A stretch of 64,000 nt of DNA. Source: Octopus vulgaris. Lineage: Eukaryota. The translations under genes were made by a program, and so were the position numbers. The stretch covers positions 118,048,001-118,112,000 of the forward strand of contig OX597816.1 of the NCBI GenBank assembly GCA_951406725.2, read 5' to 3'. A model generated the notes under the pieces. The model was not told where the DNA came from. It did no database searches and saw nothing but the letters and a program-made list of their open reading frames with translations. The stretch's first letter is position 1; each line of letters begins with the position of its first letter. This document shows positions 27,901-41,400 of this stretch, one piece after another.

Positions 27901-30900
27901 GGCCAAAGTAAAAATCATTATTATTTTAGCTATTTTCTATTTTTGATTCTGCTTATACTTAAAAAAAAAAAGAGAAAAGAAAAAGCCATCTTTCCATAAC
28001 TGTTTTCCTTCTCAGTATACATGCACAATTTTCTTTTCTTCAAATTCCCCCAGAGTGGAAAAATAAAATTTGCATTTTCTATTTTTTAATCTCTTATTTT
28101 ATTTTTGTTGTCTGTTACAATTACCTGAAGAATATTGATATTTCATATTGCCAACTATTTTGTGTATCAAGAAATGTAACCAAAATCTCTGGGATAGGAG
28201 AAAGTTCAGAAAGATAATTTTCTCTAATTGTCCATGATTGAACCATTTCAATATTTCCAATTATATATATTACCATTTCGACTGGCATAAATCCAGTTAG
28301 ATCATTCTTTGCTGACATTCAAAGCAACTCTGGTCATAGGACTGTTTCAAATGAGGTAAAAGTATGTTTCTCATCAGTTTATATATATTTATTTTTATTA
28401 GAGTTGAATTTTTTCTTTGTATCAATTAATTTGATGTAAAATCATTGTTGTGTCAGTTTTAAATTCAATTATTCCTAACTTAATACATTTAGAAAATAAT
28501 TATGGAGTAAAGGTAAAAATGTTTTTTAAAAGCACATACATGGTGATGAGACAAAAACAATAATTTTTTTTTTTACTTCACATAAAATCTCTTTTCAGAT
28601 GTGTTTTATTAACTTCTGATTTCTGCCTTTTTTTTTTATCTCTCTCTCATGAGTGTGTGTGTGGATGGGTGTACATATATTAACTAACTAAAAGTTAATT
28701 AGAACTATGAAAAAAAAATCTATTTGAAACATATTTCTGTACAAGAGAGAAGCTCAAAGCTATGAATCTGAAAATGTCTATTAGTATGGACATTGAAACA
28801 TTTTACTAACCTTTTACTGTTTATTCATTGCCAAAAAAATTCCAGGTTCTTTTTCTTATAGAGCAGCATTGGTTCAAGTAAAGGAAGAGATTGGCAAGAA
28901 ATAAGCACTCATGACAAATTTTTTTATGATGATTAACAATAAATCCAAAATATCTGTGTACCATGTTTTGATATGATTGTGTTTGTGTGTGTGTATTGTT
29001 TTCTCTCTTCTCTTTTAATACTGAAAATATCAAATGATTTCAAACAAGTCAATAATGAATTTTCCTGAAAATATCACTTGAATTATCATTACATTTTTAT
29101 GTATACAGATTAAATTAATTTATTCTTTTCTTTACTACTTTCTCTGTTAAGAAACAACTATTAAGTTAATTAAAAGCATGTCAGAGGATAGTGGGAGTCT
29201 GCATTGACAAGTTCATCTAATAGAATTTTTAAAGTTCCCAAGTGTCTTCTGCTATAGCCCTAGGCTGACCAGTACTTTTGAGTGAATTTGGTAGACATGT
29301 ATACAAAGCTGTGTGTGTATCTGTACATGTATATCATCATTTAACGTCCTGTTCCATGATGTCATGTGTTGGATGTATGGCAAGACCCAGTGGGTCCAAG
29401 GACTGCATTATGCTTCAGTGTCTGCTTTGGTATGGTTTCTATGGCTGGATGCCCTTCCTAATGCTAAACACTTCACAATGCGTAGTGGGTGCTTTACTCA
29501 TTCCACTGGCACTTGTGAAGTCACCATGCAGCTTGCAAGCCTGCAAAATCTGGGAGTAGAGCGGGGTTGATGGGATGGGGGGGGATTATTCTAGCAGATA
29601 AAAGATAAGGTGTAAGAGAAGGGGTGGAGCAAAGCAGGTTCCTGTTGAAGATGAGCTACATGACTACTCACATTTGGGAAAGTGAAAAATTAATCAATTA
29701 GGACTACGAAGGGATAAATAGTGATAAGATGGCCAAGTGGCACCTTGAGGTATGAAGTATGCAGGGGACAGCTAGGAGTGTGTATGGGTGGGGGTTTTCA
29801 GGTGTGTAGGGGATGGGGAGAAAGAGATAGGGGATATATATATATATATATATACACACATACATGCACACACACACTTACATAAGTACATACATACATT
29901 CATGCATGTATTGTGTATGTTAACAATCTGTGGTGAGCTGTGGAATGTGATTCTTGTTGATATTTCTTTGTCAACCAATCTTTGTGCTTTTGAAGGTGAA
30001 TGAAATGTAAACTTCTTTACTTTAAAAGCGTGTAAGAGTTTTTCCTTTACAGGAAGGGCATCCAGCTGTAATACAATACCTCGGTAATATATACTTGTCT
30101 AACCCATGCTAGCATGGAAAAAAACATACTTACAAGGCCGTATGTGTGTGTCTTTATGTATGTCAAAGGCAACAGAAATCCAAAGAAGATTCTACATGAA
30201 TTAAAGATAACTATATAACAAATAGTTATATTTTACAAACTTAATGTTTTAGAAAAGAAATTCAGCTTGCACTAAGTCAGTTCACAACTTCAGTAACCTA
30301 TGTATATTTATATATATCTCATTGCACTGCACATTGGGCAAATGTCTTCTTCTACAGCCCTGAGCTCACCAAAGCCTTCTGAGTGGGTTTGATAGTAGAT
30401 GGAAACTAAGAAACAATCCTGTTGTGTGTGTACACACATACATACACACGTGTGGCTTTTGTGTATTTGTTTGCATCTGTTGCTTGCTTATATGAAAGTC
30501 ATGACATTCGCATAGTCTTCTTGTTGGCATTTCTCTTGTCAATAAATGTTTGCATCATGCCTTCAAAGCTTGTTGGAATATGAGATCCTCTACTTGAGAA
30601 AGAGAATCCAGCAATAAAACAAATGTCTCAATAATATATTTGTGTAACCCTGGCTAATGTAGAAAATCATGCAAAAACAAATGAAAATATATATAAAAGA
30701 TAAAGATAAATAGGTCTGTCATGAGCTTACAGGTTCATCAGGTTCAAGTTTGTCCAGTTGCCATTGCTTTTAAGCTCCTGAGAGAGTACAATACTCTACC
30801 ACTGAATGAGAAGTTAGTCTTCCATACTCATTTTCTGTTGAGTAGACTGGAGCATGTGCATGCACAAATACACATGCATAACTGTAGACAGACATACAGA

Positions 30901-32680
30901 AAATGACTGAGAAAATCCCTTGCAGTGTTTAATTATGCTCCTTTACTTCCTAAATTCACTTTCTTCTGAAGCTATCTGTGCTTTTCATTTTATGAAAGTG
31001 AATAAAAGAAATTCAGTTGATAATGAATGTGGGCATTACTGTGGTTAAAAAGTTTGGTATACAACCTTATAGTTCTGAGTTTGATCTCACTTCACAGTGC
31101 TTGTGATTATAATTTGGTAGATAGTAAAATAGGATAATTGATACTTGGCCAAAAGGAAGCCTATCTCATTTTATGAATTATCACTCTCAATGAAATCTTG
31201 TGGCCTAGAACTGGATGGTTAATGGTGATGTTGGAATTGGCTTGATTTCTAGATATGGCTTCTCAGCTAATCCTGTGTTGACATTTATTGGTGCTGCTGT
31301 TAATTCTGAGCTGACATTTAATTGTTGATGCTGCTGCTGTACTTAGAGATATCCTAAGTGGTATCCAACGAAAGGCAACTTGACTTATTGCTATGAAGTT
31401 GCTCACCATCACACTTCAACAACCTCTAGTCATATGAAGTTATACCAGACAGTGTCTTCTACTATAACTTTGAGCTGACCAATGCCTTGGGAGTAGAATT
31501 TGGTTGATGGAAACTGTATGTGTATTTCACATATGAGACATATGACAAGTTGATAATTTTAGTGAAGATCCATTGTAAATTTTGTTATGCCTGGCACAAG
31601 TTATATATGTATGTATGTGTATATTCTCTTCAGTAGCCATGCAGGAGTAATACAACTCTCAGAGGTTTTTGTGTGATCATAACAGTGCTGTTTATTGTTC
31701 TATATTCTACTGACTGTCATTTTAATTGGTGATGTTGTATTGAAACAAAAAAAATAATAAATAAACAACGATATCTGTGTGTATGTTTAAAGAGAGAGAG
31801 AGAGAGAATGAAGGATTTGAGATGGTTGTCTGCATAGTTTCAGTCTACCAAATTCCATTTACTACAAAGTATTGGTCAACCTAAATCTATACTAGAAGAT
31901 ACTTCCCAATGTGCCATGTAGGGTACTGAATCTGGAAACCATGTGGGTGTGAAGCAAACTTCTTCAAAGCACTGCATACATACCCCCCCCCCCCATATGT
32001 GTCTGTGTGTGTGTATGTATGTATATATATATATATATATAAATTGGACATGGGCGATTCTTGTATTCTTTCTTGCCTTGAGGTTCACAGCCAAATGGCT
32101 GGGTGGGTTCTCATGAAAAATGGCACACATGTGGAGACGGGTGCATAGATTGGAATGCGATTTGTATTTTTTTTTCCTAGTTCCCATAGTTACTGAGGAA
32201 ATCGATTAAAACCTTTTCTAATGGAATTCCCATTTGTTCTGCCATTAAAAAAACAAGTTGCTCACACAGCCGGCATGTACCATTTCGCTAGCAACAAGGG
32301 GAGTACAAGATGACAGTCAGCCAAAACTTTCGCTATGCTATCTCTCTCCTTTCTCCTCTTTGTGGGGTTAATAATCTTAATCTTTAGTTACAGTTTCTCA
32401 TTCAAACTACATAATAGACTGAATTGTCGGATTAAGACAGTAGGGTGTTTTGAGGGAGATTTGGCTCCTATTTCTACCAGTTCTACCTACCATGTAGAGG
32501 TCTGAACTTAATTTTCATTCACATATTTGCATTTCAAAAATTTAACATAATCTTTTCCATAAGTCAGCTAGCATAAAAGTTTTATACGATGACCTCACAT
32601 TTTCTATGTATGTGTGTGTACCTTAAAAGACGTCTATCATCACAACACACACCTTCACTCACTCACATATCTTTCTTTCT

Positions 32681-32712
<32 letters not shown>

Positions 32713-35700
32713 TCCATTTCATATATTTTCTTTCAATTTCTGCTCTGCAAATAAAATTCTTTTACGGATACAACTACTTACAAAAATAGGGATTAATGTA
32801 TAATTTCTTTCTATGTTCATAATTAAATCAGTGTTTTAATGATTAGGCAGAGGTCCAATAGAATAGCTCTCAGAAACAGACTACAGCTTCTTCACAACTC
32901 CTGAAGCTGTTTTCTGACAAGTGGGGGGAGGGAGTCAGGAAATTTTCATACAGCTGGAGGCTCCAATCGATGCAGGGGACCCGAAATGATAAGGTTGAGA
33001 AATGCTGTTATAGATTATGCCTAACCGAAAGCGATCACAGCCAGAGCATCCAAACAGACTGGGTGAAACCGGGCTTAGCTGCTATTATATATATATATAT
33101 CTTGGCCTGCTCGCTTAACCAGCAGGGTGGCATCATTTCAAGGCTAAAACAATGTGAAGCGCATTGTGACCAGCGATGTGTAGCAACATCTGATAGCCTG
33201 GTCGGTCACGGTGATATATATATATATATACACAGACAGATATTAAAATTGAGAATTATGGAAATATTTGCAGAGTTACGGCATAAGAAAATAGGAAATT
33301 AGAAATGTTTGGTATTGTTTATTCACTATTCCATGTGTTTCATAGAAACGATGAATTGTTATAATGGAATAATTAGATGTACTTCAATAGGAAACAGCTG
33401 GGATTTACTCTAACTACCTACACGAGTATTAGATAATGTTCAATTTCTTGTGACTATGTTTGCTTGTAAACAAACAAAACCTACAATATATGCAATTTGA
33501 ATGTACACATTTGTATTTATATATCCATACACTTTATATACATATGTGTGTGTGTGTGTGCTGTTACTATTTTATATACTGACATGGACTGAAACACCAT
33601 AAAAAAAAAAAAAGCATCTCCTCAGAATTATTTTGTTACATATCACCATCAAGGCTCAGACAACACACCTATCTTTTCTCCTTACTGTGTTTTACTCCCC
33701 CTCTTTAGAACATCAACCCTATAGAATATTTTCCCCACAAACATGGTTTTGCAGATGTTTAAACTGAACAAGTTGTATTAATCTCGTCAATTATGAAATA
33801 CCTTCAAAAGTTAGAGCCTTGTTCTCCTGTCTAATATATGTCTTGGGAGAGCCAACTCAGTATTTCCCACCAGCTAAAAAAAAAAAAAACAAGTATCAAG
33901 ACTTGGTTGAAAAGGTCCTTGTCAAGGGATGGCATGCAGCCTCATTTTCTACTGAGGTTGCTACCATGGCTTTCCAGATAGATTGGTGCTATTTCCTACA
34001 GAATATAAGTCTAGGATTCAGACAGCTGAAGAAATTCTCCGTGGAGATAGGCAGAACAGCTGAAACCAGCTCAAGGTAACTATGGTTCATCTGAGAATAT
34101 AAGTGGAACCCTTCTACAGGTGAAGAGTAGTTCAGTCCTCACTGCCCCACTCAGGTGATGTGTACACGCTAAGGGAGCAAAACACTTGTGACTCTGAGAC
34201 ACCTGCTGGCAATATGGAAGGGTTTTCAGCATTCTGATGGATATAGAAGAGCTTGTAAAATCTCTGAGTAACTCTTGCACAAGGCAAAGCATCTCTGATA
34301 TTTATTACACCTCTCTCTCTTTCTCTCTCTTTATACACACACATATATATTATATACTAGCAGTATTGCCCAGCTTTGCAAAATGGTCACATTTAATTCA
34401 AAGCGTTAAAAATGTTATGAAAACAATTGGTATGTGTTCACAAAGTCCAAACGATTAATACGTAAAAACCCTCCGGGCTACATCCCGAAAATTCATTTCT
34501 TTGCCGAATTTCTACAATGTTTATGGCGATTCGTTTTTATATCTTGATTTTTTATTTTTCATGCAATTTACGCATGCTTGCACGCGTGGTGAACACAGTT
34601 CACGTCAAACAGCTGACTGGGTAAAGTTCACTATTCAATGCAAGGGATAAGGCCTAAACAAACACATTATCGATTTTTGCACTTGCGAGATGAATTTTGG
34701 GACAGAAATAGCGCAGTTCAATTTTCATTCGCCTAAACTTTAAGTGACCCATTTTTGGTGGTTCTACTATTTGTTGGCTAGGAGGAGATGTGCTGGGAAG
34801 TTAAACACACAGACACACAAGTTGAGTTTTATGTATATATAGATATATATACATATTTTTTATAGCTTGTCTCAGTCATTAGACTTCAGCTAGGCACCGA
34901 CTTGAAGGGTTTTAATCAAACAAATTAATGCCAATGTTTTTTTTAAAGTCTAGTATTTATTCTATAGGTTTCTTTGCTGAACTGCTAAGTTATGGGAATG
35001 TAAATATCCCAACACTGGTTCTCAAGCAGTCATTGGGAACAATCAAAGACACACACACACATATATACAACAGGCTTCTTTCAGTTTCCATCTACCAAAT
35101 CCACTCAATACTTTGGTCAACCCAAGGCTATAGTAGAAGACACTTGCCCAAGTTGCCACACAATGGGACTGAACAAGGAACCATGTGGTTGGGAAGCAAA
35201 CTTCTTACCACACAGCCACACGTATTGAAAATCTGCCTCAACAAATTCCATCTGACCCATGCAAGAATGGAAAAGTAGATGTTAGATGTTGATGATATAT
35301 ATATATGTGTGTGTGTGTATGTATGTATGTATATATATATATATATATATATAAATACAGGGTATCTCAGAAATCACTGATAGGTTTCAATTTTTAATAA
35401 CTTCCTTAACTTTACAAATAAATGCAAGAAATGTTGATACAATATAAAGGACATAATGGAAATTAATATGCACAAATAAAATTTTGCAACATTGCGACAT
35501 CAAATATGAAAAATGACAGCCATTTTCAGTTTCACACACTCATGTTCTTTCCACCATAATACCCTCAAAAGTTTTAGATCCCACTTCTCTGTTTTCTCTA
35601 TTGATGTTCTCCTTCAGTTGCACCAGGGTATATGGCTTGTTGATGTTAACCCTCTCTTTCAGGTATCCCCATAAGAGAATATCAAGTCTGGGGAACATAA

Positions 35701-38409
35701 AGTTGATATTGGTGTAGCAGGAGATTATTCTTTCTCCAAAGCGCTGCCATAGCAACTGCATTGTTTCTCTTGTGGTATAAGCAGTTGCCCCATCATGTTG
35801 GAACCATGTGTAAGGTCTACTGAATGACCTTCACGTTCTCCAGACTTGACTAGCCCGGATTTTTTTTTTGTGTGGGGATACCTGAAAGAGAGTTTACATC
35901 AACAAACTGGCGACCCTGGTGCTACTAAAAGAGAAGAACAATTGAGAAATCAGAGAAGTGGGGTCTGAAACTCTTGAGGGTGTTACGGTGGAAAGAGCAC
36001 AGGTGTGCAAAGCCGAAAATGGCTGCCATTTCAGTGGTCATTTTTCATGTGTGATGTTGTGGTGTTGCAAAATTTTACTTGTGCATATTAATTTCCATTA
36101 TTTCCTTTATATTGTATCAAAATTTCATGCATTTATTTGTACAGTTAAAGAAGTTATTAAAAATTGAAATCCATCAGTGACTTTTAGGACACCCTGTATA
36201 TGTATATATATGTGTGTGTATATATAAAAACCAAAAAAAATAGATAAATAACGTCTTTGTATATGTATCTGTGTGCATTATTTTACACTCTACACATATA
36301 TCAGCACATATTTTTGGGGTATTTATATTTTTATATTGTGAATTATATTTGCCACTTAAATGTGGCTAACCCTTATGGGTGGATGCTACTGTAGCTTGTA
36401 GCCCCAGGAGGACACCTCCAGCTGGCTGTGCCCTATCAATATTTGCAAAGGGAAGCCATCCTTCCCGTCTTCAACCTATGATACACACGGACTCAAGTTT
36501 CTAGGTATTGACCCATCATCAGCGTGTAACAATCAGCGGTTGTTGATGAAAAGTAGGCCTGCCTTTGCAAATATATATCCTTTTTCCAGTGACAAAAAGT
36601 CACTAATATTGAAAACATGTAAACAAGCAATAATAAATCTCTGAGCGGGGTATAAATAGTAGCTGCATGACATCGTGAATTATATTTGCCACTTAAATGT
36701 GTCTAACCCCTAAGAGTGGATGCTACTGTAGCTTGTAGCCCCAGGAGGACACCTCCTCCAGCCGGCTATTGACACACTTTCTGTGCCCTATCAGTATTAG
36801 GGGTTAGCCACATTTAAGTGGCAAATATAATTCACGATGTCATGCAGCTGCTGTTTATACCTTGCTCAGAGATTTATTATTGCTTATATTTTTATACTTT
36901 AGATTTTATAATTTTTGTTTAAATATATCTGTGTATTACCATTATCTCAATATCCCGCTTCTGATGTATGGCATAAAATTACTAGATACTATGTATATCT
37001 TTCCTGATATCCCATATGTAAGTGCCTGGAGCAGTCTTTATAGAAACCACCTAATGATTAATTTTAAGTACCAGAATGGTTATTAAACTGATTCTACACA
37101 AACAGAAACTGAAAGAAGCTTCTCATAAATACAGGGGTTGGACAAAATAATGGAAACACCTCGCATCATAGCATCATAATTTTGAAATATCTATAAAACC
37201 GTCAAAAGCTTGTTTATTTTTATGTTTTTTCATTTATTAATATTGCTTAATATGTTTTGCTAAACTTGCTGTTTCTTTTCACATATCATCAGAAATAGGT
37301 AATTAAAATTCATTAAAATGACAGATCTCTCGGACTTTCAAAGATGTCAAATTGTTGGTGCTCGTATAGCAGGCGCTAGCATAACGAAAACAGCCAAAAT
37401 GTTTGGTGTATCAAGAAGTACTGTCTCGAAAGAAATGACAGCCTTTGAGAAAGAGGGAAAAACCTCCTCATCGAAACAAAACTCCAGAAGAAAGCCAAAA
37501 CTTTCAGATAGGGACCATCAGACTCTTACGCGAATTGTTAGAAAGGATCACAAAAGTACAGCTCCCAAAATTACTGCAGAGCTTAATGACCACCTCGAGA
37601 AACCAGTTTCCACAAAAACTGTTTGCCTGGAGCTGCACAAAGCCAGATTTCATGAGAGGGTTGCAATCTTTCAAAAACAAACATTGCAAAGCATTTAGAA
37701 TGGAGTAAAAACCAACAGAATTGGTCCCTAGAGCAGTCAAAAAAATGTTATTTTCTTGGATGAGTCATCCTTTACCTTATTTTTGATCACCAGCTGAGTA
37801 TACATGTGGAGACAGCCGAAAGAAGCATTTGACCCAGACTGCCTTCTTCCAACTGTTAAACATGGAGGAGGATCTGTGATGATCTGGGGGTGCTATATCT
37901 TGGAAATGCACCAGCCCACTGGTTTCCCTTCATGGCAGAATTAATAGTCAAAACTATTTAAGCATTTTATCTGATAAATTCATCCTGTGGTTGTAGAACT
38001 GTTTCCAGGGGTGGTGGGGAACAATCTTTCAGGATGACAATGCACCAATTCACACAGCTAAAGTTGTTACTGAACGGCACGAGGAACATTCTAGTGAAGT
38101 TGAACATATTATCTGACCAGTCCCAAAGATCTCAATATTATTGAACATTTATGGTGCATTTTAGAAAAGCAAGGAGTTGATATCCTCCACCATCTTCACT
38201 ACAAGAACTGGAGACTGTTTAATCTGAAGAATGGACAAAAATTCCTTTGGAAACAATTTGAACTTTGTACAAGTCCATTCATCAGAGAATTCAAGGTGTA
38301 ATTACAGCCAAAGGCGGTCCTACCCCATATTAAAATAAATTTGCTCGGAATGTTAAGGTGTTTCCATTATTTTGTCCAACCCCTGTATGTATGTATGTAT
38401 GTATGTATG

Positions 38410-38452
<43 letters not shown>

Positions 38453-41400
38453 GTGTGTATGTATATATTTGTATGTATCTTGTGTTTGTCCCTTCGCCAT
38501 TATTTGACAACTGATGTTGGTGTGTTTACATCACTGTAACTTAATGGTTTGGCAAAAGAACCAATAGACTAAGTACTAGGCTTACAAAGAAGTCTTTGGG
38601 TTGTGCTCCATCATGGCTACAGTTAAATGACTGAAAGAAGTAAAAGAATATACATGTGTGTGTGTGTGTATAACAGTTGTAAATATTAACATTACTGTCA
38701 TACAAATGATGCTTTTCATTTCCAATCTTCCATGCAAATGTCTGGTCATGAGAATATATTTCCTTGCTTGGAAACAGATAACAGGTTGCTAACAAGAACG
38801 TCCAACTATAAAAAATCTGCCTCACAGAATTCTCTCTGACCCATGCAAGCATAGAAAAGTGGACATTAAAACAACGTTAATAATGATTAATTACATAAAC
38901 CTAAGTATAATTTCACATTAGGAGCATTAGTCTACACACATATCTAAAGAGAAGGAAAAACTTAAGAAAATATGGATAATAAATCACTGCATAAAATCAG
39001 CTTCTGAATCTGCTACTTTTTGTGTGCAAAATGTGAAGGAGACGTTCGTAAAAGGGCCATTTGTCCAAAGGGACCACTGAGCTTTTGAAAGGTTGAGAAC
39101 CACTTATTTATATGTGTGTGTTCATTGATTTGTTCATTTTTACGAGGGAAGATTTTTTTTTGGAGCATTTGCATGTCTAACTTAAAAGTCCAGCTGTTCT
39201 AGAAGATATAGTTTTGAGAGGGAACTGAACTCACATTCTGCTGCTGGGCATATCTGTGTTCTCCACACCTACTTTCAAATTAGCATCCCTCAAGATCTTT
39301 TCTACTTACCTGTCTGTCATGTTTTTGTCTGTAGCAGCTGCAACTCTCATTACTCATTTACTTGTTTCAGTCATTTGACTGTGGCCATGCTGGAGCACCG
39401 CCTTTAGTCGAGCAAATCGACCCCAGGACTTATTCTTTGTAGGCCTAGTACTTATTCTATCGGTCTCTTTTGCTGAACCGCTAAGTTACGGGGACGTAAA
39501 CACACCAGCATCGGTTGTCAAGCGATGTTGGGGAGGGGGATAAACACAACACAAACATACACACATATACATATATTTCAGTTTCCGTCTACCAAATCCA
39601 CTCAAGGCTTTGGTCAGCCTGAGGTTATAGTAGAAGACACTTGCCCAAGGTGCCACGCAACATCTATTATAAGACATGTTCTTTCTTTTTTTAACGTCTT
39701 GTATAATGATATCTGGTCTATGATGTCCAGTTGTTTTGTGTGTCTGAATATCAAAATTCTAGTGAATTTTTAGTTTACCAGGTTCATTTAGAGCCATTTC
39801 TAGAACATGATTGTATCACTTGACTGAAATATTGCATCTATATCTTACAAAGTGACCTATGTAAATTGAGACTTTCTAATGTAACATTTTGCAGCCTGCT
39901 ACATGACCGGTATTTTTCACTCATTGATTACATAGTTAATACTTCTTCATTAAAGCAGTGAAAGTTCAAATCCTACTGAGGTCAACTTTGCCTTTTATGC
40001 TTTTTTAGGATTAATAAAAATATAATACCAGTCAAGTACCGGTGTTGACTAATTTTCCCCTCCTCACCCCAAATCATAGGCCTTGTAGCTCCAGCTTTAC
40101 ATTCTGAATTCAAATTCCACCAAGGTCAACTTCGCTTTTCTTTCTTTCACAGATCAATGAAATGCAATAATAATAATAATTATTATTATTATTATTATTA
40201 TAATTTTTAAGGCAGCAAGCTGGCTGAATCATTAGCACACTGGGTGATGTTCTTAGTGGCATTTCATCTGTCCTTACGTTCTGTGTTCAAATACTGCCAC
40301 AGTAGACTTTGCCTTTCATCCTTTTGGGGTCAATCTAATTGACTGGTCCCCTCCCCCAAAATTTTAGGCCTTGTTCCTATAGTAAAAAGGATTATTATTT
40401 TGAAAGGTGGTCAGGTGGTAGAATTGTTAGTGCACCAGGCAAAATGCTTAGAGGCATTCGTTCATCTTTAATATTCTGTGTTTGAATTCCATCGACTTTG
40501 TCTTTCACCCTTTCAGGGTCAATAAAATAAATACCAGTTGGACACTGGAATCGATGTAATCGACTACCATCCCCACCACCCCAAAAAATGCTGGCCTTGT
40601 GCCAAAATTTGCAACCATTATTCTTATAACAATGGTGGAGTATTGGCAGAATTGCTAATGTGTCAGACAATATGTATTTGTGGTATTTGTTTTGGCTGTT
40701 TAGATTCTGAGTTAAAATCCCATGAAGATCAACTTTGCTTTTCATCTCTTTGGGGTCAATGAAATAAAATACCAGCCAAATACTGGAGTGAGTGGTATTA
40801 ACTAGCCTCCAGCCTCCTCTCCCAAATTCCCGACCTTGTACTTATGTGATTATTATCACATTGGCAGTCATTTGGCATACTCGATAAGTATTGGCCAAAA
40901 AGCCTTGTGGTATTTTACTACATATCTTTGTTTTGAGTTCAAATCCTGCCATGGTTGACTTTTACCTTCTCTCCTTTTAGGCTCAGGAAGTGTCGGTCAA
41001 GTAAATGGCTAAATTTAGTCAACTACACTCCCTTCCTCCAAATGTGTGGCTTTGTGCCCATGCTAGAAATCCTTATAAGCATCTGAATATTACAGATCTC
41101 TTTGTTTCCTTTTCTTAAAACAGTGTTCCTTTTTCTCAAAATAAGAAATAATTTCTAAAAGAAAATTTAAAAGGAAAATGCATCATAGCATACATAAAAA
41201 ACCCCCACTTATCTCTCTCTGATTCCTATTATATATGAGTATATTTATGTAGTTGTTGATTTATTTGTTTTTAAGGTAACTGTCTTGTCAATAACCCTGA
41301 TCCAGAAAACTTATGATTAAAGGAATTTTAGCTGTAATCTTCTCATATTTTTGTACAACTACATTGTTCAGTGTGTCTTATGAATATGTGTGTGCATCAC

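Noticed and set aside
28365-28377. CTGATGA-GAAAC on the minus strand as a hammerhead
   Set aside because: No stem II between the two core halves and no stem I pairing.
28804-28880. Plus-strand exon after a perfect TACTAAC
   Set aside because: No convincing donor or frame-compatible exon follows; the motif doubles as a minus-strand GTTAGT donor.
18334-29065. Selenoprotein or A-to-I stop-recoding explanation for the TGA codons in the antisense exon chain
   Set aside because: TAA stops and frameshifts are also needed and no SECIS is evident; mutational decay is simpler.
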